Positions 35,163 to 45,005 of a DNA stretch of 64,000 nucleotides are shown here, piece after piece. This stretch comes from a virus: positions 1 through 64,000 of the IMG/VR virus record IMGVR_UViG_3300020599_000003; one strand, given 5' to 3'. A program made the translations under genes and the position numbers. Below the pieces are notes generated by a model that ran no database searches, was not told the DNA's origin, and saw only the letters and a program-made list of their open reading frames with translations. Within the stretch, counting starts at the first letter, position 1, and every line of letters begins with the position of its first letter.

Positions 35163-36509
35163 ATGATTGACCTCAGTAGCCTGTCTAGCCTCTCCTCCTA
35201 CGCGCCTCTCGTCGCTCTGGGTGGCGTCGCCGCAGCCGCAGCGGCCGGATGGCGGCATGTACAGGGCTTCCTCTCTTCAGTGAAGCGCCTCATCATCGTG
35301 GAAGCAGAGATCGACCCATGTACGGCAGAGGCTGTCCAGCACTACCTCATCGCCAAGTGGAAGCGTGCCCCGTCGGGCAAGATGACGACGGCCGGTGGCC
35401 GATTCGACGTCAAGACCGCCGACCACCGCTACGTGGTTCCGTTCCACATCGAGAACGAGAACTTCATCGCGTACCGTGGTCGTCAGTTCGTGTGGGCCAA
35501 GCGCGGCTCCAGCGGACGTCACGTCTACCGCATCAGCGCCGTGCGCGGCATCGTCAACGTGCGCAAGTTCCTCTCCGAAGCTACGCGGTACTACAACGAG
35601 GAGTTCCTGCCGTCCATCAAGAGTAAGACTCGCTCCAGCCGCTTCGCTGTGTACGACCTGATCGGAACGGACAAGAGCAACGCATTCGGCGAGGTGGCTA
35701 GTGCCATGCGCAAGCGCAGCAGCCCGAGTGGTGGCAGTCTGGAGGCTGATTCTATCGCGGACTCCAACCTCACCCCGATACTGGCTCTGGAGAAGTCGTT
35801 CGTCTACGACGCGGACGTGTACACACCTTCGACCGAGGATAGCCCTCTGACTGGTCTGTACTACCCCGAGTACATCCTGGACCAGTTTCGGCAGGCCCGC
35901 CAGTGGATGGAAATGGGTGACTGGTACTTGCAGCGATCGATCCCTCACCGCCGGGGTTGGCTGTTCTACGGACCAGGCGGCACGGGCAAGTCCAGTTTGG
36001 CAAAGGCCATCGCCAAGGACCTCGGGATCCCCATCTACCGCTTCTTCCTGAACACCATGTCGGATCAGGAGTTCATGAGCGAATGGCGTGGCATGACTAC
36101 TCCGTGCGTGGCTCTGTTCGAGGACTTCGACAACACGTTCCACGGACGCGAGCCTGCCACTGAGCATCGCAGCCTGTCGTTCGACACGGTGCTGAACATG
36201 ATCTCGGGCGTCAACACGACGAGCGGCGTGCTGCTGATCGTGACCACCAACCACATCGAGCATATCGACCCGGCTCTGGGTACGCTCGGTCCGGATGGTA
36301 AGTCCACGCGCCCTGGCCGCATCGACCGGATCGTGCACATCGCCCATATGAAAGCACCCGAGCGTGAGCGCATGGCCCGCGACATCCTGCGTGACTGGCC
36401 CGACCTGATCCAGCGCGCCATCGACCCGGAACGCTACCCCGTCGATCCCACGCCCACGCAGTTCCAAGAGGACTGCCTCCAGCTTGCCTACGAGAAGATG
36501 AAGGACTGA
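35163..36509 (+). CDS. BCS1-like membrane-anchored AAA+ ATPase
   Basis: N-terminal TM; IPHRRGWLFYGPGGTGKSS, FEDFD, TTNH...DPAL...RPGRID. Confidence 0.85.
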   Translation: MIDLSSLSSLSSYAPLVALGGVAAAAAAGWRHVQGFLSSVKRLIIVEAEIDPCTAEAVQHYLIAKWKRAPSGKMTTAGGRFDVKTADHRYVVPFHIENENFIAYRGRQFVWAKRGSSGRHVYRISAVRGIVNVRKFLSEATRYYNEEFLPSIKSKTRSSRFAVYDLIGTDKSNAFGEVASAMRKRSSPSGGSLEADSIADSNLTPILALEKSFVYDADVYTPSTEDSPLTGLYYPEYILDQFRQARQWMEMGDWYLQRSIPHRRGWLFYGPGGTGKSSLAKAIAKDLGIPIYRFFLNTMSDQEFMSEWRGMTTPCVALFEDFDNTFHGREPATEHRSLSFDTVLNMISGVNTTSGVLLIVTTNHIEHIDPALGTLGPDGKSTRPGRIDRIVHIAHMKAPERERMARDILRDWPDLIQRAIDPERYPVDPTPTQFQEDCLQLAYEKMKD

Positions 36510-36510
36510 T

Positions 36511-36966
36511 ATGAGCGCCGTCGAACTCTACCTCCCTCTCGGTCCGGCCTTCTCGTTGAAGATGGGGAAGATCTGGCCGGAGCCCTACGCCACTCCTGCA
36601 GCCGACGCATTCCTGGAAGACTGGAACTCGGGCCAGATCTATCTGATCTTCGCTGGGGACAACATCGTGGGCGTCACTGGCTACTTCTTGGACACCCATT
36701 CCACCTCCGTGTACTTGCGCTGGACCGGCATCTTGCCGGAGTATCGTCGCAAGGGCTACGCCTCGAAGGCACTGACGGTACTGCGCAACGCGCTGTCGCA
36801 CGACTACTCCGGGTGCAAGCTGGTGGAGCTCGTGCCTGACAACGAGTACGGGGTCGCGGTCAAGCAGTTCTTCCTCTCGCAAGGCTTCCAGGAAGACCCC
36901 GACGTGTACACGCCGCCGAACGAATGCTCGGACTGGCCCACCATCGCAATGTCCATCACCATTTGA
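36511..36966 (+). CDS. GNAT-family acetyltransferase
   Basis: IVGVTG...WTGILPEYRRKGYAS acetyl-CoA motif A. Confidence 0.8.
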   Translation: MSAVELYLPLGPAFSLKMGKIWPEPYATPAADAFLEDWNSGQIYLIFAGDNIVGVTGYFLDTHSTSVYLRWTGILPEYRRKGYASKALTVLRNALSHDYSGCKLVELVPDNEYGVAVKQFFLSQGFQEDPDVYTPPNECSDWPTIAMSITI

Positions 36967-36973
36967 GGAACCA

Positions 36974-37255
36974 ATGGAAATGATCGTACACGACTCCGAG
37001 GCCAGCCTGAGCAAGCACGACCATTCGGCCAAGAGCTTCCAGTATCGCAACGCACAATTCGTCTACGACGAGTGGATGCTCAACAAGCTGAACTCCATGT
37101 TCGGGGGCAATGCCGTCGCGTGTTACACTACCAAGCCTACTCGCTTCCGGACTGAGGTCATCAGCCACCTCTCGCTCTTCCTGTTCTTCGATGACCGTCC
37201 CCCGACGTTCATACAGATCAGCGAGTGGATGACCCTGGACCGCGTCAACACTTGA
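36974..37255 (+). CDS. Hypothetical protein
   Basis: RBS GAGGA. Confidence 0.6.
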   Translation: MEMIVHDSEASLSKHDHSAKSFQYRNAQFVYDEWMLNKLNSMFGGNAVACYTTKPTRFRTEVISHLSLFLFFDDRPPTFIQISEWMTLDRVNT

Positions 37256-37518
37256 TCGGCTGTGAATTTTAGCTCCAAGCCAACTCAAGCACTGGAGCAG
37301 CCAGCATGGACTCCCACCTGTTCTTAGCGACCTGCGTGAACAACGTGGCCCATCGGGAAATACACGACCGGCTCCGGGGTTGAAGCTCATGCCTGAACCC
37401 TCGAAGAAACCCTGCGTCAAGAGCGCGAACGCGCCCGCTGGGTGCTCCGCCCGGACCCTACTCTGTAGGCCCAAAGTAGTAAATGTTCTGCATTAGGTAG
37501 CCACTATAACAACCCGCC

Positions 37519-39768
37519 ATGCAGAACACAGTAGCCAACGTCTGGCGGTCGATCCTTCTACGGAAGGTCGGCCCATTCGACGACGTCTCTTTCGACATCC
37601 CGCTCGGCATCTCCACGATCTACGGGTTCAACACTAGCGCGCACGACCCGAACGCGGCCGGCAAGTCCATGCTGTTCTCGTCGATCTTCGACACGCTGTA
37701 CGAGAATCCGATCGCTGCTGAGAAGTCCGATCGCATCCGTGTCGGCGAGCGTGGTGTACGCATCGACCTACAAGGCAAGCCCCTGCTCCTCAAACGGGTC
37801 GGCTCCAAATCCCAACTGAAATTCGACGGTGCGCTCGTTCACGGGGCCACCAATGTTCGGCGCAAGCTGGACGACATCCTGCCGTGGACCTGGGAAGATG
37901 TAGTCACCTACATCCATCTGGACTCCCAGACCCCTCATCCCCTGGTCAAGGGTAGCAATGCTGATCGCAAGGCATTCCTGACCAAGTTCTTTGGCCTAGA
38001 CAAGATCGACGCCGAGAAGAAGATTATCAAGGCTGCTTATGAGAAGGTCTCCGGGGCGATTGATCGCTATGAAGCTCTAGAAGCCGATCGAGCCGAGCTC
38101 CAACCCAGGCTACCTCCCAAGGGCATGATCGAGAAGCTCACCGATCGAGCGAAGCGTATGCAGGCCCACTTGGATCAACTCCAGGAGGGTGCGGCAGAGG
38201 CTGACCAGGCACGTCGTGCAGCCCTATTCCGTGAGCAGGCCGCTGCTGAGCTCGATCACTACGCGAAGGCGTGCGACGAGGTTGGAAAGGAGGATTTACG
38301 CAGCCTGATCGCCGACTTCGAGAAGCAACTCTCGCGCAACATGGACCTCCTCGAGCAGGCTGGCGAATTCGAGGACTGGCAGGAGCGCAAGCAACGGTTC
38401 GACGAGTGGGCGCAGAACCTCAGCCCTGAGACCAAGGCATTTCTACGATCGGGGGCGGTAGACAAGAACCCTCAGGCCATTGCAGCCAAGCTCGACAAGG
38501 CACAGTATCGCTACGACGATTTGATTGCCGAGCAAGCTCGCCTCCGCCCCATTTGCGGGGCTAGGATCACGACGGTTGAAAAGCCGAAGCGTCCTCTGGG
38601 AGAAGCTCGTGCTAAGATGGAGTCGGCACAACATCAGCTCCAGCATGCGAAGAAATTCGGCGGCGGTTCCTGCCCTACATGCGGCCAGCACGTCAAGACT
38701 GCCAACACGGCGGAACTCACTAAGATCATCAACTTCGCCACTGCCTGCATCAAGCAGCACGAGGCTTATGAGGAGTATCAGTCCAAGGTCACCAAGCAGC
38801 AGGAAGCTCGCAAGCGCTTCAGCGAGTTGAAGGCCGAGTCCGATAAGATCCTCGCGTACATGCGAGCGCACGAGAAGTACCGCATCATCGCCGAGGAGCT
38901 GAGCAATGCCCCTAAGAATCCGGGTGAGTTCACTGGCAAGCGCATCATCGCCAAGGTAGTGCGCGGCGTCATCGACGAGCTGAACACTCGCCTACGAGCC
39001 CTCAAGTTTCTGGAATCCAACCACGACGTCTTCCAGCAGGCTCTGGAACTAGGTGAGAGTGCTGACTTCGCCAAGTCCAACGTCGAGCAAGTTGCCGCGC
39101 TGACCCGGGAGCTCACGCAGATCGAGGCCAAGCTGGCACGCGCGCGGGCTCTTACCGAGCAGTACGATGGCATCTTGGAGAAGATGGAGTCGCTCAAGAA
39201 GCACATCAACCGCGCCAAGGATCTGGAAGCTCTGCTGGCTGGCTACGACGACAAGGCCATGAAGAAGCTGGTCGTACAGGCCCTCAGCTCGCGCCTGGGC
39301 CAGCAGATCGCCAAGTATGCATCCATTGTGTTCCCGGAGTTCAAGTTCGAGCTCAAGTGGGATGCCCATCAGGTCGAGTTCTTGGTGCATCGTCACTTCC
39401 CGGACCGCGTTGATACCACTGATGTGCGACGCCTGTCCGGTGCTGAGACCAAGCTGTTCACTATCGTGCTGGTGATGGCACTGATGGCCTTCGTTCCCAG
39501 CGAGAAGCGTTCCTCAATGATCGTCCTGGACGAGCCTGCTGCAAACATGGGACCTGCCAACATTCAGCGCTTCCAAGAGCTCCTGCCGATGCTCAACAAG
39601 ATGATCCCGTCGGTAATCATCATCACGCCGAAGGCTGAGGAGCGCTATGGGGGACGAGAGTTCACTATTTGCAAGATGCGAGGCATCACCACTGTCGTGG
39701 AAGGCCACCCCTCAACAATCAAGCTGAAGCCGGTCAAGCGCATGGCTACCAAGAAGAGGAAAGCATGA
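37519..39768 (+). CDS. sbcC: SbcC/Rad50/gp46-like recombination ATPase
   Basis: NAAGKS Walker A, CPTCG Zn hook, LSGAE signature, VLDEP Walker B, long coiled coils. Confidence 0.9.
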   Translation: MQNTVANVWRSILLRKVGPFDDVSFDIPLGISTIYGFNTSAHDPNAAGKSMLFSSIFDTLYENPIAAEKSDRIRVGERGVRIDLQGKPLLLKRVGSKSQLKFDGALVHGATNVRRKLDDILPWTWEDVVTYIHLDSQTPHPLVKGSNADRKAFLTKFFGLDKIDAEKKIIKAAYEKVSGAIDRYEALEADRAELQPRLPPKGMIEKLTDRAKRMQAHLDQLQEGAAEADQARRAALFREQAAAELDHYAKACDEVGKEDLRSLIADFEKQLSRNMDLLEQAGEFEDWQERKQRFDEWAQNLSPETKAFLRSGAVDKNPQAIAAKLDKAQYRYDDLIAEQARLRPICGARITTVEKPKRPLGEARAKMESAQHQLQHAKKFGGGSCPTCGQHVKTANTAELTKIINFATACIKQHEAYEEYQSKVTKQQEARKRFSELKAESDKILAYMRAHEKYRIIAEELSNAPKNPGEFTGKRIIAKVVRGVIDELNTRLRALKFLESNHDVFQQALELGESADFAKSNVEQVAALTRELTQIEAKLARARALTEQYDGILEKMESLKKHINRAKDLEALLAGYDDKAMKKLVVQALSSRLGQQIAKYASIVFPEFKFELKWDAHQVEFLVHRHFPDRVDTTDVRRLSGAETKLFTIVLVMALMAFVPSEKRSSMIVLDEPAANMGPANIQRFQELLPMLNKMIPSVIIITPKAEERYGGREFTICKMRGITTVVEGHPSTIKLKPVKRMATKKRKA

Positions 39769-40535
39769 ACTCGTATCACCATCTCAACGCCACTATGATT
39801 GCCAAACTGGCCGACCAACTCGAAACCGAGTATGGGGTCAAGGTGCTGTTCTCGCGCATCGTGGGCAGCCATATGTGGGGCTATGCCGATGACGTCAGCG
39901 ACTACGATGTGCAGTTCGTGTACGTCCGGCCATTGAACGACTATCTGAGTTTCCTGCCTCGCAAGCAGATCCGTTACGAGACGGCCTTCGTGACTCCCGG
40001 CCTAGCTGGTCATGCCGACGTGTTCGCCTACGACTTGCAGGACTTCGTTCGCCTGATGTCCAAGAGCGACATGAACGTGTCTCAATTCATGTTCGCCCAG
40101 CGCATAGGTGAGGAGGCTTTGTGCTGGCACGGCTTGAATGAGTTGTTCGGGCGACACTTCCAGCCAAACCTCCTGACCCGCAAATATCTGGGCCACTCAA
40201 GGTCGTCGCTGGCTGCTCTCAACATCAAGCCGGATGACCGTTCGAATCAGTGGAACGTGGTGCGCGCTATGGTCTGCGCCCATCAGCTGCATGCCACAGG
40301 TAAGCTGGCGATCCCCGACATCCTTCAAGCTTCCCATAAGTTCACGCCTGACCTCAAGCTGACCATCGACCCTGAACGGCGTCCGGGTTTCGACAAGGCT
40401 GCGTTCCGAGAACTGCTGGCCGCGACCGATGCGTGGGATCTCTCCTACCCTGAACGTACCGACGAGCAGGTTGAGGAATTCAACACCATGGCGAAGGCCA
40501 TCATCCGCCGTTTTGCCAACCCTGACTGGAGCTGA
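39765..40535 (+). CDS. Pol-beta-superfamily nucleotidyltransferase (RlaP-like)
   Basis: GSHMWGYA...SDYDVQFVY...D..AYDL..F. Confidence 0.75.
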   Translation: MNSYHHLNATMIAKLADQLETEYGVKVLFSRIVGSHMWGYADDVSDYDVQFVYVRPLNDYLSFLPRKQIRYETAFVTPGLAGHADVFAYDLQDFVRLMSKSDMNVSQFMFAQRIGEEALCWHGLNELFGRHFQPNLLTRKYLGHSRSSLAALNIKPDDRSNQWNVVRAMVCAHQLHATGKLAIPDILQASHKFTPDLKLTIDPERRPGFDKAAFRELLAATDAWDLSYPERTDEQVEEFNTMAKAIIRRFANPDWS

Positions 40536-41272
40536 TGCCTATGTCCGCTTACATGCGTGTCTTCAATCTGCTGAACAGTTCGCCGGCTGCTATCAGTGCA
40601 ATCCTCAAGAACCTAGGAGTGTGGCACGGTCTGGTTCAGAAGTCCACTGGCTTGAAAATCCACAAGATCAAGGGCACTATCGACCAGAAGCTGCAACCCC
40701 TGAACGTAGTAGTCCTCTCCTCACTGGACTCCCTCAATCGGCTGGAACCCGTTGTGCCGACTCTGGTACTGAGCTCCTTCCCCAAGAGCCTCGTTGAGTG
40801 TGTGGAGGGCTGCATCGAGAACCTCGACACGGATCCCTCAAACCTCGAGGAGCGCATCCGCTATGCTCTATGGGAGGCATTAAAGCCTGGGGAGGTTCGG
40901 GTCCGCTTCAAGAAGAAGCTCCCGCACGAGCACATTGAATCCGTCAGTCCTCCGTCCTTCTTGGACAAGTACCAGACGATCCAATGCAAGATCAACCCGT
41001 ATTCGCTACGCCAGCAAGCCCACAAGATGGCGGTCGGCTACATTGCAGGCTCGGTAGCGAAGCGGGAGGCTGAGCGACTGTTCAATTCGTCTCTCAAGTT
41101 CAACCCCATGAAGGAACTCGTCATGGGTCCCGAGGGGGCAAAGCTCCGGGATGCTATCGCCCAAGTGTCCAGCGGGATGCCCATCGAGGACGTCACGGAG
41201 TCTACTGGAATCGACCAGTTCGAAATCACTTACATGATGAAGTCCTACAAGAAGTTGTACGGCATCAGGTGA
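40535..41272 (+). CDS. Hypothetical protein
   Basis: TGATG coupling. Confidence 0.7.
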   Translation: MPMSAYMRVFNLLNSSPAAISAILKNLGVWHGLVQKSTGLKIHKIKGTIDQKLQPLNVVVLSSLDSLNRLEPVVPTLVLSSFPKSLVECVEGCIENLDTDPSNLEERIRYALWEALKPGEVRVRFKKKLPHEHIESVSPPSFLDKYQTIQCKINPYSLRQQAHKMAVGYIAGSVAKREAERLFNSSLKFNPMKELVMGPEGAKLRDAIAQVSSGMPIEDVTESTGIDQFEITYMMKSYKKLYGIR

Positions 41273-41304
41273 GGTCGCTGCACGGCATCAAGTGAGGTCG
41301 CTGC
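41259..41304. repeat. 23-bp tandem duplication with one mismatch
   Basis: ACGGCATCAGGTGAGGTCGCTGC / ACGGCATCAAGTGAGGTCGCTGC, spanning a stop codon. Confidence 0.85.
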
Positions 41305-41322
41305 TGAACAGGGGTCCAGGCG

Positions 41323-41332
41323 CAATTTTATG
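41323..41332 (+). promoter_or_regulatory. CAATTTTATG motif
   Basis: Upstream of 41338 and the structural-type gene 41672. Confidence 0.45.
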
Positions 41333-41337
41333 GCACC

Positions 41338-41667
41338 ATGGCTACCTCAATCGAACTGCTCATTGCCCTCCCGAACGGGACCACGGCAACGGTGTACTTG
41401 GACCCGGCCTCTGTGTATCTGGTAGAGGTTCATACGGACGGGACTCTGGCGTATGTTCCGGCGGATGAGGTCGCCAACCTCGTCCTCTATGAGACTCCTG
41501 AAAAGGATCAATGGCCTCTCCTGAACTACGTCGTTGCCAACGTGATCCGCGCTCTCCCCAGCGATCACGAACCCGACTCCGGTGGCCTCTACTTCGATTC
41601 CCACCCCAATCCGTGCGCCTGCGTAACGACAACGGATGCCTCCCAATTCTTGCGATTCACGGAATAG
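41338..41667 (+). CDS. Hypothetical protein
   Basis: ORF directly after the motif. Confidence 0.6.
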   Translation: MATSIELLIALPNGTTATVYLDPASVYLVEVHTDGTLAYVPADEVANLVLYETPEKDQWPLLNYVVANVIRALPSDHEPDSGGLYFDSHPNPCACVTTTDASQFLRFTE

Positions 41668-41671
41668 AACC

Positions 41672-42727
41672 ATGCTCCAGCAACTGATCTCCCCGACCCC
41701 TTCCTACTTCGGCCGTCCCCTGGACAAGCCCTCCAAGCAGACCATCCTCGTTGCGATGGGTCGGCCGTCGGGCAAGATCTACGGGTACTTTTCCATCGCC
41801 GAGACCACCTTCGATGGCACGGAAACCGAGTTCACCATGCCTGACGGTAAGGTGCCGGTCCAGTCCATCACGCATCCGTCCTATCAGCACCCCACGGCCA
41901 ACACGCGGAACGCTGGCCTGCCTGATGGTCAGAACTACATGACGGGTGGTCGCCTGAACATCGCTCGCACGAACTCCCCGGTCGTGGGCCAATACATGGC
42001 TGCGGTGTGGGACGATGCTGAACTCACGAAAGCGCAGAAGGTCCACCGCTTCGGCACCAACTCCAGCAATCCGTCTGGGTTGCGCGGCGCTCCGGTCGGC
42101 AGTTTCGGCAGCGCCGTCACGAACTACCGAATGCAGAAGGGTCAGGAAGATATCGGACAGGCGGTTCCGGGATCGCTGACCGTCCCCTGGAGTGGCTTCT
42201 CGAATTTCGTGGACGTTTCGCACACTGGCTACGCCCATCTGTGGGTGAGTGCTCTGAACCTCACGCAAGACCGACTGACCCTTGGCGCTCTCATCCAGTC
42301 CCTGACGTTGGGCATGGGCTCTGTCGCCGCCAACTTCGATCCGGAGCCGCCGGTGCCTCCTGTCGTTGACAATCCCGATGCTACGATGCGCTGGTTCGCC
42401 AATATCTCGGAGTCGGCCCTGGTCGGAGAATGCCCGTACTTCGACTTTAATTGGGTGACCCTCTTCCAGGCGAAGAACCGGCAGTACGTCAATTCGCGCC
42501 TCGTCATCCCGCAGACCATCAAGCCCACTACCGTCCCCGAAGCCTTCAAGGTCTTCCTGGTAGGCTCGCCTACGGTGGTTACTGGCACCAACGTCACCTA
42601 TGACACTCTGCGGGTGCTTCTGGTGGATCCGTCGAAAGCTCCAGCTGGGGATTACGAGTTCGAGTTCGACGTGTCTACGGATCAGGGCACGACGCAAGTC
42701 AAACTCACCCTCACCGTGGCCGCGTAA
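41672..42727 (+). CDS. Probable virion structural protein with Ig-like C-terminus
   Basis: T/V/G-rich beta composition; GDYEFEFDVST...QVKLTLTV. Confidence 0.55.
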   Translation: MLQQLISPTPSYFGRPLDKPSKQTILVAMGRPSGKIYGYFSIAETTFDGTETEFTMPDGKVPVQSITHPSYQHPTANTRNAGLPDGQNYMTGGRLNIARTNSPVVGQYMAAVWDDAELTKAQKVHRFGTNSSNPSGLRGAPVGSFGSAVTNYRMQKGQEDIGQAVPGSLTVPWSGFSNFVDVSHTGYAHLWVSALNLTQDRLTLGALIQSLTLGMGSVAANFDPEPPVPPVVDNPDATMRWFANISESALVGECPYFDFNWVTLFQAKNRQYVNSRLVIPQTIKPTTVPEAFKVFLVGSPTVVTGTNVTYDTLRVLLVDPSKAPAGDYEFEFDVSTDQGTTQVKLTLTVAA

Positions 42728-42741
42728 CCTCCAACCCAAGC

Positions 42742-42773
42742 AAGGGCTCCTGATCGAAAGGTCGGGAGCCCTT
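42742..42773 (+). terminator. Intrinsic terminator
   Basis: AAGGGCTCCTGATC-GAAA-GGTCGGGAGCCCTT followed by CTT. Confidence 0.75.
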
Positions 42774-42841
42774 CTTGCGTTCTGGGACAGAAAAGCAGTA
42801 AATGATGTGCGTAGCACACCCCATTATAGGACAGGGCAGAC

Positions 42842-43924
42842 ATGCTGAAAGTAGCAATATCCGGCGATTCGTTGCAAGATGCGATGAAGATCGCCACCAC
42901 CATCGCACCTCCGATGACCGGCAACATAATCTTCGACGGGTCGCAACCGGGCAAGCTGGCAATAACCTCGATTGGCGAATCCACTCGCTGCCACCTGATA
43001 CTGCCGTGCCACTCGGAAGGCGACGATATCTTCTCCCTTCCCATACAGACCGCCATCTCCTCGACCAAAGGCCGCGCCGAGGTGCAACTCCTGTTCGACA
43101 AGTCTGTGCTGACTGTCAAATCGGGCAAGTACAAGACAGTGGCCGCAACGGTGGACGTCGTACGAGAGCCGCCGCTCCCCATGAAGGGGTTGGAGGGTAC
43201 GCGCATCGAACCTGAACAATCCGCGTGGTTGCTCCAGTCGTGCAAGGATGTCCTCATCAACCCCGACAAGGTTCTGGGTCAGAAGATCAGCCACGTTAGC
43301 TTCCAACTTACTGACGAGGGGGCCTTCATTGCCTCATACGACGGGGAGCGCATGGCCTATGCAATGACCAGCGAGGTCACCGGCAACATGGAGTTCACAC
43401 TCCCGCTGCAGACTTTGAAGTCTGTCCTCGAGACGTTCGGACAGTCCGTGTTCAAGATGTCCGTGCGGGACGGCGTCCTGTATGTGTGGAATGCCATTGG
43501 CTTCGCAACCCTCGCGCTGATCGCCCCTCAATTCACCATCCCCATGGAAGCAGTCATGGGCCGAGTCGAAGAGAGTCGGGCAAAACCCAAGGCCAAATTC
43601 CGATTGGATCTCAGCGAGGCCAAAGCATTCTTCGAGAATGCCAAGGCTGTAGCACGGGAGGGCGTCAAGAACAGCATCCACGTGAAGGTCGGGAAGTCCA
43701 CTACCAAGCTCGAACTGAAGTCTTCGTTCGGTAGCTCGGAGATCGAGCTTGAGTCCAAGGCCACTGGCGCATCCGAGTTCGATATCGACATGTCCTATCT
43801 GCAGGAGTTCATGGGGAAGAAGTTCCCGGACGTGCACGTCTTCGACACTTACATTTCCGGATATGATGCTGACACGGGCATGATCATTGCCCTCAACCAG
43901 CCGGAGTCGCCGAGTGCTGATTGA
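42842..43924 (+). CDS. Sliding clamp (DNA Pol III beta-like)
   Basis: 360 aa three-domain size; SYDGERMAY resembles beta ATDGHRLA; lies in the replication cluster. Confidence 0.7.
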   Translation: MLKVAISGDSLQDAMKIATTIAPPMTGNIIFDGSQPGKLAITSIGESTRCHLILPCHSEGDDIFSLPIQTAISSTKGRAEVQLLFDKSVLTVKSGKYKTVAATVDVVREPPLPMKGLEGTRIEPEQSAWLLQSCKDVLINPDKVLGQKISHVSFQLTDEGAFIASYDGERMAYAMTSEVTGNMEFTLPLQTLKSVLETFGQSVFKMSVRDGVLYVWNAIGFATLALIAPQFTIPMEAVMGRVEESRAKPKAKFRLDLSEAKAFFENAKAVAREGVKNSIHVKVGKSTTKLELKSSFGSSEIELESKATGASEFDIDMSYLQEFMGKKFPDVHVFDTYISGYDADTGMIIALNQPESPSAD

Positions 43925-44237
43925 CAGGCTTTCCCCGAGGATCTTCGCGCTGCGCATGGAGCCCGGTAGCCTGGAACCCATCGGCAAGCCGTTGGTGGAT
44001 TCCCTACTCCGCGTGTATCGCTGTCAGTCTGGTTTTCTCGTCGAGCATGTGTGGGGTGAGCTCATGTTCGGTGGCTACTACCTGTTCGCCCACCGCCCCG
44101 GCTTGCGCAAATTGACTGAGACAGACTCCGTGCTGCGCAACAAGGAGATCGTCGTGTTCAACACACCTAACAAGGCCACGCTCATCACATCTCCGATCGC
44201 CTCGGAGCTGATTCAGACTATTCTGGACGAGCAATGA
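43914..44237 (+). CDS. Hypothetical protein
   Basis: ORF between the clamp and NADAR genes; start uncertain. Confidence 0.5.
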   Translation: MLIDRLSPRIFALRMEPGSLEPIGKPLVDSLLRVYRCQSGFLVEHVWGELMFGGYYLFAHRPGLRKLTETDSVLRNKEIVVFNTPNKATLITSPIASELIQTILDEQ

Positions 44238-44647
44238 ACGAGATCACCTCCTTCGACGGGGAGTTCCGCTTCCTGTCCAACTTCCACTATGTGCCGCATC
44301 TTGGCACCACGGCCGAGCATCTGTACCAAGCTGCCAAGGCGGCCGACCCCATCGACATGATCCGCATCCTGGCGGCAGAAACACCGGGCCAAGCGAAGCG
44401 GCTGGGCGCACGCTGCAAGATGCGTGAGAACTGGGATCACATCAAGATCGGTGTCATGCGCGAGGTGATTGCGCAGAAATTCGAGGACCCGGACCTGCGT
44501 GACTTCCTCCTGTCCACCGGTGAGGCCCGCCTGATTGAAGGCAACACCTGGGGCGATAAGTTCTGGGGCGTGTGCGGTGGCGTCGGCCTCAACAACCTCG
44601 GCCTGCTTCTGATGGAGCGCCGCCAGCAACTGCGAGACGCCCTATGA
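44234..44647 (+). CDS. NADAR (YbiA-like) protein
   Basis: FLSNF...EHLYQAAK...AKRLG...WD..K..VM...KF...L..T....LIE...D.FWG...N.LG.LLME.R. Confidence 0.92.
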   Translation: MNEITSFDGEFRFLSNFHYVPHLGTTAEHLYQAAKAADPIDMIRILAAETPGQAKRLGARCKMRENWDHIKIGVMREVIAQKFEDPDLRDFLLSTGEARLIEGNTWGDKFWGVCGGVGLNNLGLLLMERRQQLRDAL

Positions 44648-44751
44648 GCTGGCGGACCGACGTTCCTAGTTCTATGCTCATCGGCGAACTGGTGGCTTGG
44701 GTTCTCGTCGTGGTCGGTATCAGCATCTACAACCTACTGGAGTTACTATGA
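44644..44751 (+). CDS. 35-aa single-TM peptide
   Basis: ATGA overlaps at both ends; LVAWVLVVVGISIY. Confidence 0.45.
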   Translation: MSWRTDVPSSMLIGELVAWVLVVVGISIYNLLELL

Positions 44752-45005
44752 GCAATCACGGCTATCATATCGAAGTGATCCCCAAGGGTGAGCTCGGTGA
44801 GCTTTCCAAAATCCAAGAAGAACTCTCCGAACTCCGCGACGCCATGGTGCAAGGCAGCCGGGTCATGGCACTGGTCGAACTCTCAGACACGGTCGGTGCC
44901 ATTCAGGCATTCCTCGACAAGCATTTCCCTGGCTTCACCATCGACGACCTGAAGACCTTCTCCAACATCACCAAGCGAGCCTTCGAGAATGGCCACCGCA
45001 AATAA
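44748..45005 (+). CDS. MazG-like all-alpha NTP pyrophosphatase
   Basis: KIQEELSEL...LVELSD (EExxE...ExxD). Confidence 0.6.
   Translation: MSNHGYHIEVIPKGELGELSKIQEELSELRDAMVQGSRVMALVELSDTVGAIQAFLDKHFPGFTIDDLKTFSNITKRAFENGHRK

Noticed and set aside
36956-37474. 172-aa - strand ORF across the gap before sbcC
   Set aside because: It overlaps a good + strand gene and has no RBS or recognisable motif.
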